Shown here piece by piece: positions 62,538 to 64,000 of a stretch of 64,000 nucleotides of DNA (its first letter is position 1; each line of letters begins with the position of its first letter). Position numbers and translations under genes: made by a program. This stretch comes from Octopus sinensis. Lineage: Eukaryota. The stretch spans positions 75,640,001 to 75,704,000 of the forward strand of contig NC_043000.1 of NCBI RefSeq assembly GCF_006345805.1, in the 5' to 3' direction. The notes under the pieces were generated by a model that ran no database searches, had not been told where the DNA came from, and saw nothing but the letters and a program-made list of their open reading frames with translations.

Positions 62538-64000
62538 CATCATCATCATCATCATCTTTTAACGTCAGCTTTCCATGCTAGCATGGATTGGACGATTTTG
62601 ACTGAGGGCTGGCGAACCAGATGGCTGCACCAGGCTCCAATCTTGGTCTGGCAGAGTTTCTACAGCTGGATGCCCTTCCTAACGCCAACCACTCCGAGAG
62701 TGTAATGTGTGCTTTTCACGTGTCACCGGCACGGGGCCAGTCAGGCAGTACTGGCAACGACCTTGCTCGAATCTTTTAATACATGCCACCAGCATCGGTG
62801 CCAATAAGGCACGTGCAGATGGTGCTCTTGGCACCCTACTAGCATGAGCACAAGTACCAGTAAGGCAAGGCTGGTAACGATCACACTCACTCAAATAGTG
62901 CCTTTTATGTGCCGCTGGCACGGAAGCCGGTTCGCCGCTCTGTCAACAATCACACTCGTATGGTGCTCATTGCACTCAACTAGCACGGATGCCAGTCATC
63001 GAATTTGATTTTGATTCTGATTTCACTTGCCTCAATAGGTCTTTGCAAGCAGAGTTTAGAGTCTAAAGAAGGAAAAGGTACGCATATGTGGGCTGGTTAT
63101 TCTCCTTACATAGGCCATGATGTTCTGGTCTCATTTGGCTTGCCAGATATTCTCGCAAAAGTCTCTACAAAAGTCTTGGTCACTAGTCATTTCCTTGGTG
63201 AGACCTAAAGTTTGAAGGTCGTGCTTCACCACTTTAGCCCAGGTCTTCCACAGGTTCCCTCAACTGCTAGGGTGTGGCACTTTTTCACATGGCTATCCTC
63301 ATCCATTCTTGCCACATGTCCATACCAGCACAGTCGTCTCTCTTGCACACCACATCTGATGCTTCTTAGGTCCAACTTTTCTCTCAAGGTACTTACACTC
63401 TGTTGAGTATGCACACTAACATTACACATCCATTGGATCATACTGGTTTTATTTGTTGCAAGCTTATACATGTCCTCAGCAGTCACAGTCCATGTTTCAC
63501 TGCCATGTAGCATGGCTGTTCGTACACATGCGTCATACAGTCTACCTTTTACTCTGAGCAAGAGGCCCTTTGTCACCAGCAGAGGTAAGAGCTCTGTGAA
63601 CTTTACCCAAGCTATTCTTATTCTAGCAACTACACTTTCAGCGCACCCTCCCCCGCTACTGACTTGGTCACCTAGGTAACAGAAGCTATAAACTACTTCT
63701 AGTTTTTCCCCTGGAATGTGGCGAAAGTTGTTCTCTGCGCATTTTCAGTGTTTATTGCTCTTGAGCATCTGCCACATACAAAACTATCTTCCCAGTTAGC
63801 CTTCCTTTGATATTACTGCACCTCTTATGTGTCCATAGCTTACACTGGGCACATTTTATAGAGTTTCTACCTATGCCTCTACTACAGATTGAGCAGGGCC
63901 ATCAAGCTGAAGGGATTTGTGGTTTGCCTGCCTTCCTACTTATTAGGACCTTGGTTTTAACTAGGTTGATTCTAAGGCCCTTCGATTCTAATCCTTGTTT
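62538..64000 (-). mobile_element. RTE LINE 3' part (same family as 34845-37598), continuing beyond the window
   Basis: KGRLYDACVRTAMLHGSETW motif and (cat)n-ttttaacgtcagctttccatgctagc tail. Confidence 0.92.

Overview
A eukaryotic, AT-rich window made almost entirely of transposable elements, with one 100-N scaffold gap. I recognised no host gene. The RTE LINEs with (GAT)n tails and the tRNA-headed SINE resemble octopus repeats, so a cephalopod origin is likely (inference). Elements present: three or more Gypsy-type LTR elements (one decayed autonomous, one internally deleted, and a tRNA-Trp-primed non-coding family), five RTE LINE copies, CR1-group LINEs, two Tx1/L1-group LINEs, R4/Dong and HERO remnants, Penelope-like remnants with six type-I hammerhead ribozymes, mariner and hAT remnants, and a Helitron-like piece. 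Main leads: (1) non-autonomous passengers ending in Tx1-like 3' termini, namely two ~1.7-kb ORF1-only elements with their own TSDs and a 7.0-kb block without Tx1 ORFs that splits a HERO element between 16-bp direct repeats; (2) a Gypsy element carrying the ORF1-only cassette in both LTRs; (3) a young non-autonomous LTR element whose LTRs are identical over 470 bp but diverge in U5; (4) non-coding LTR elements with unrelated LTRs, a shared structured core and repeated primer-binding sites; (5) a 944-bp palindrome placing a hammerhead on each strand. All alignments and folds were done by eye.
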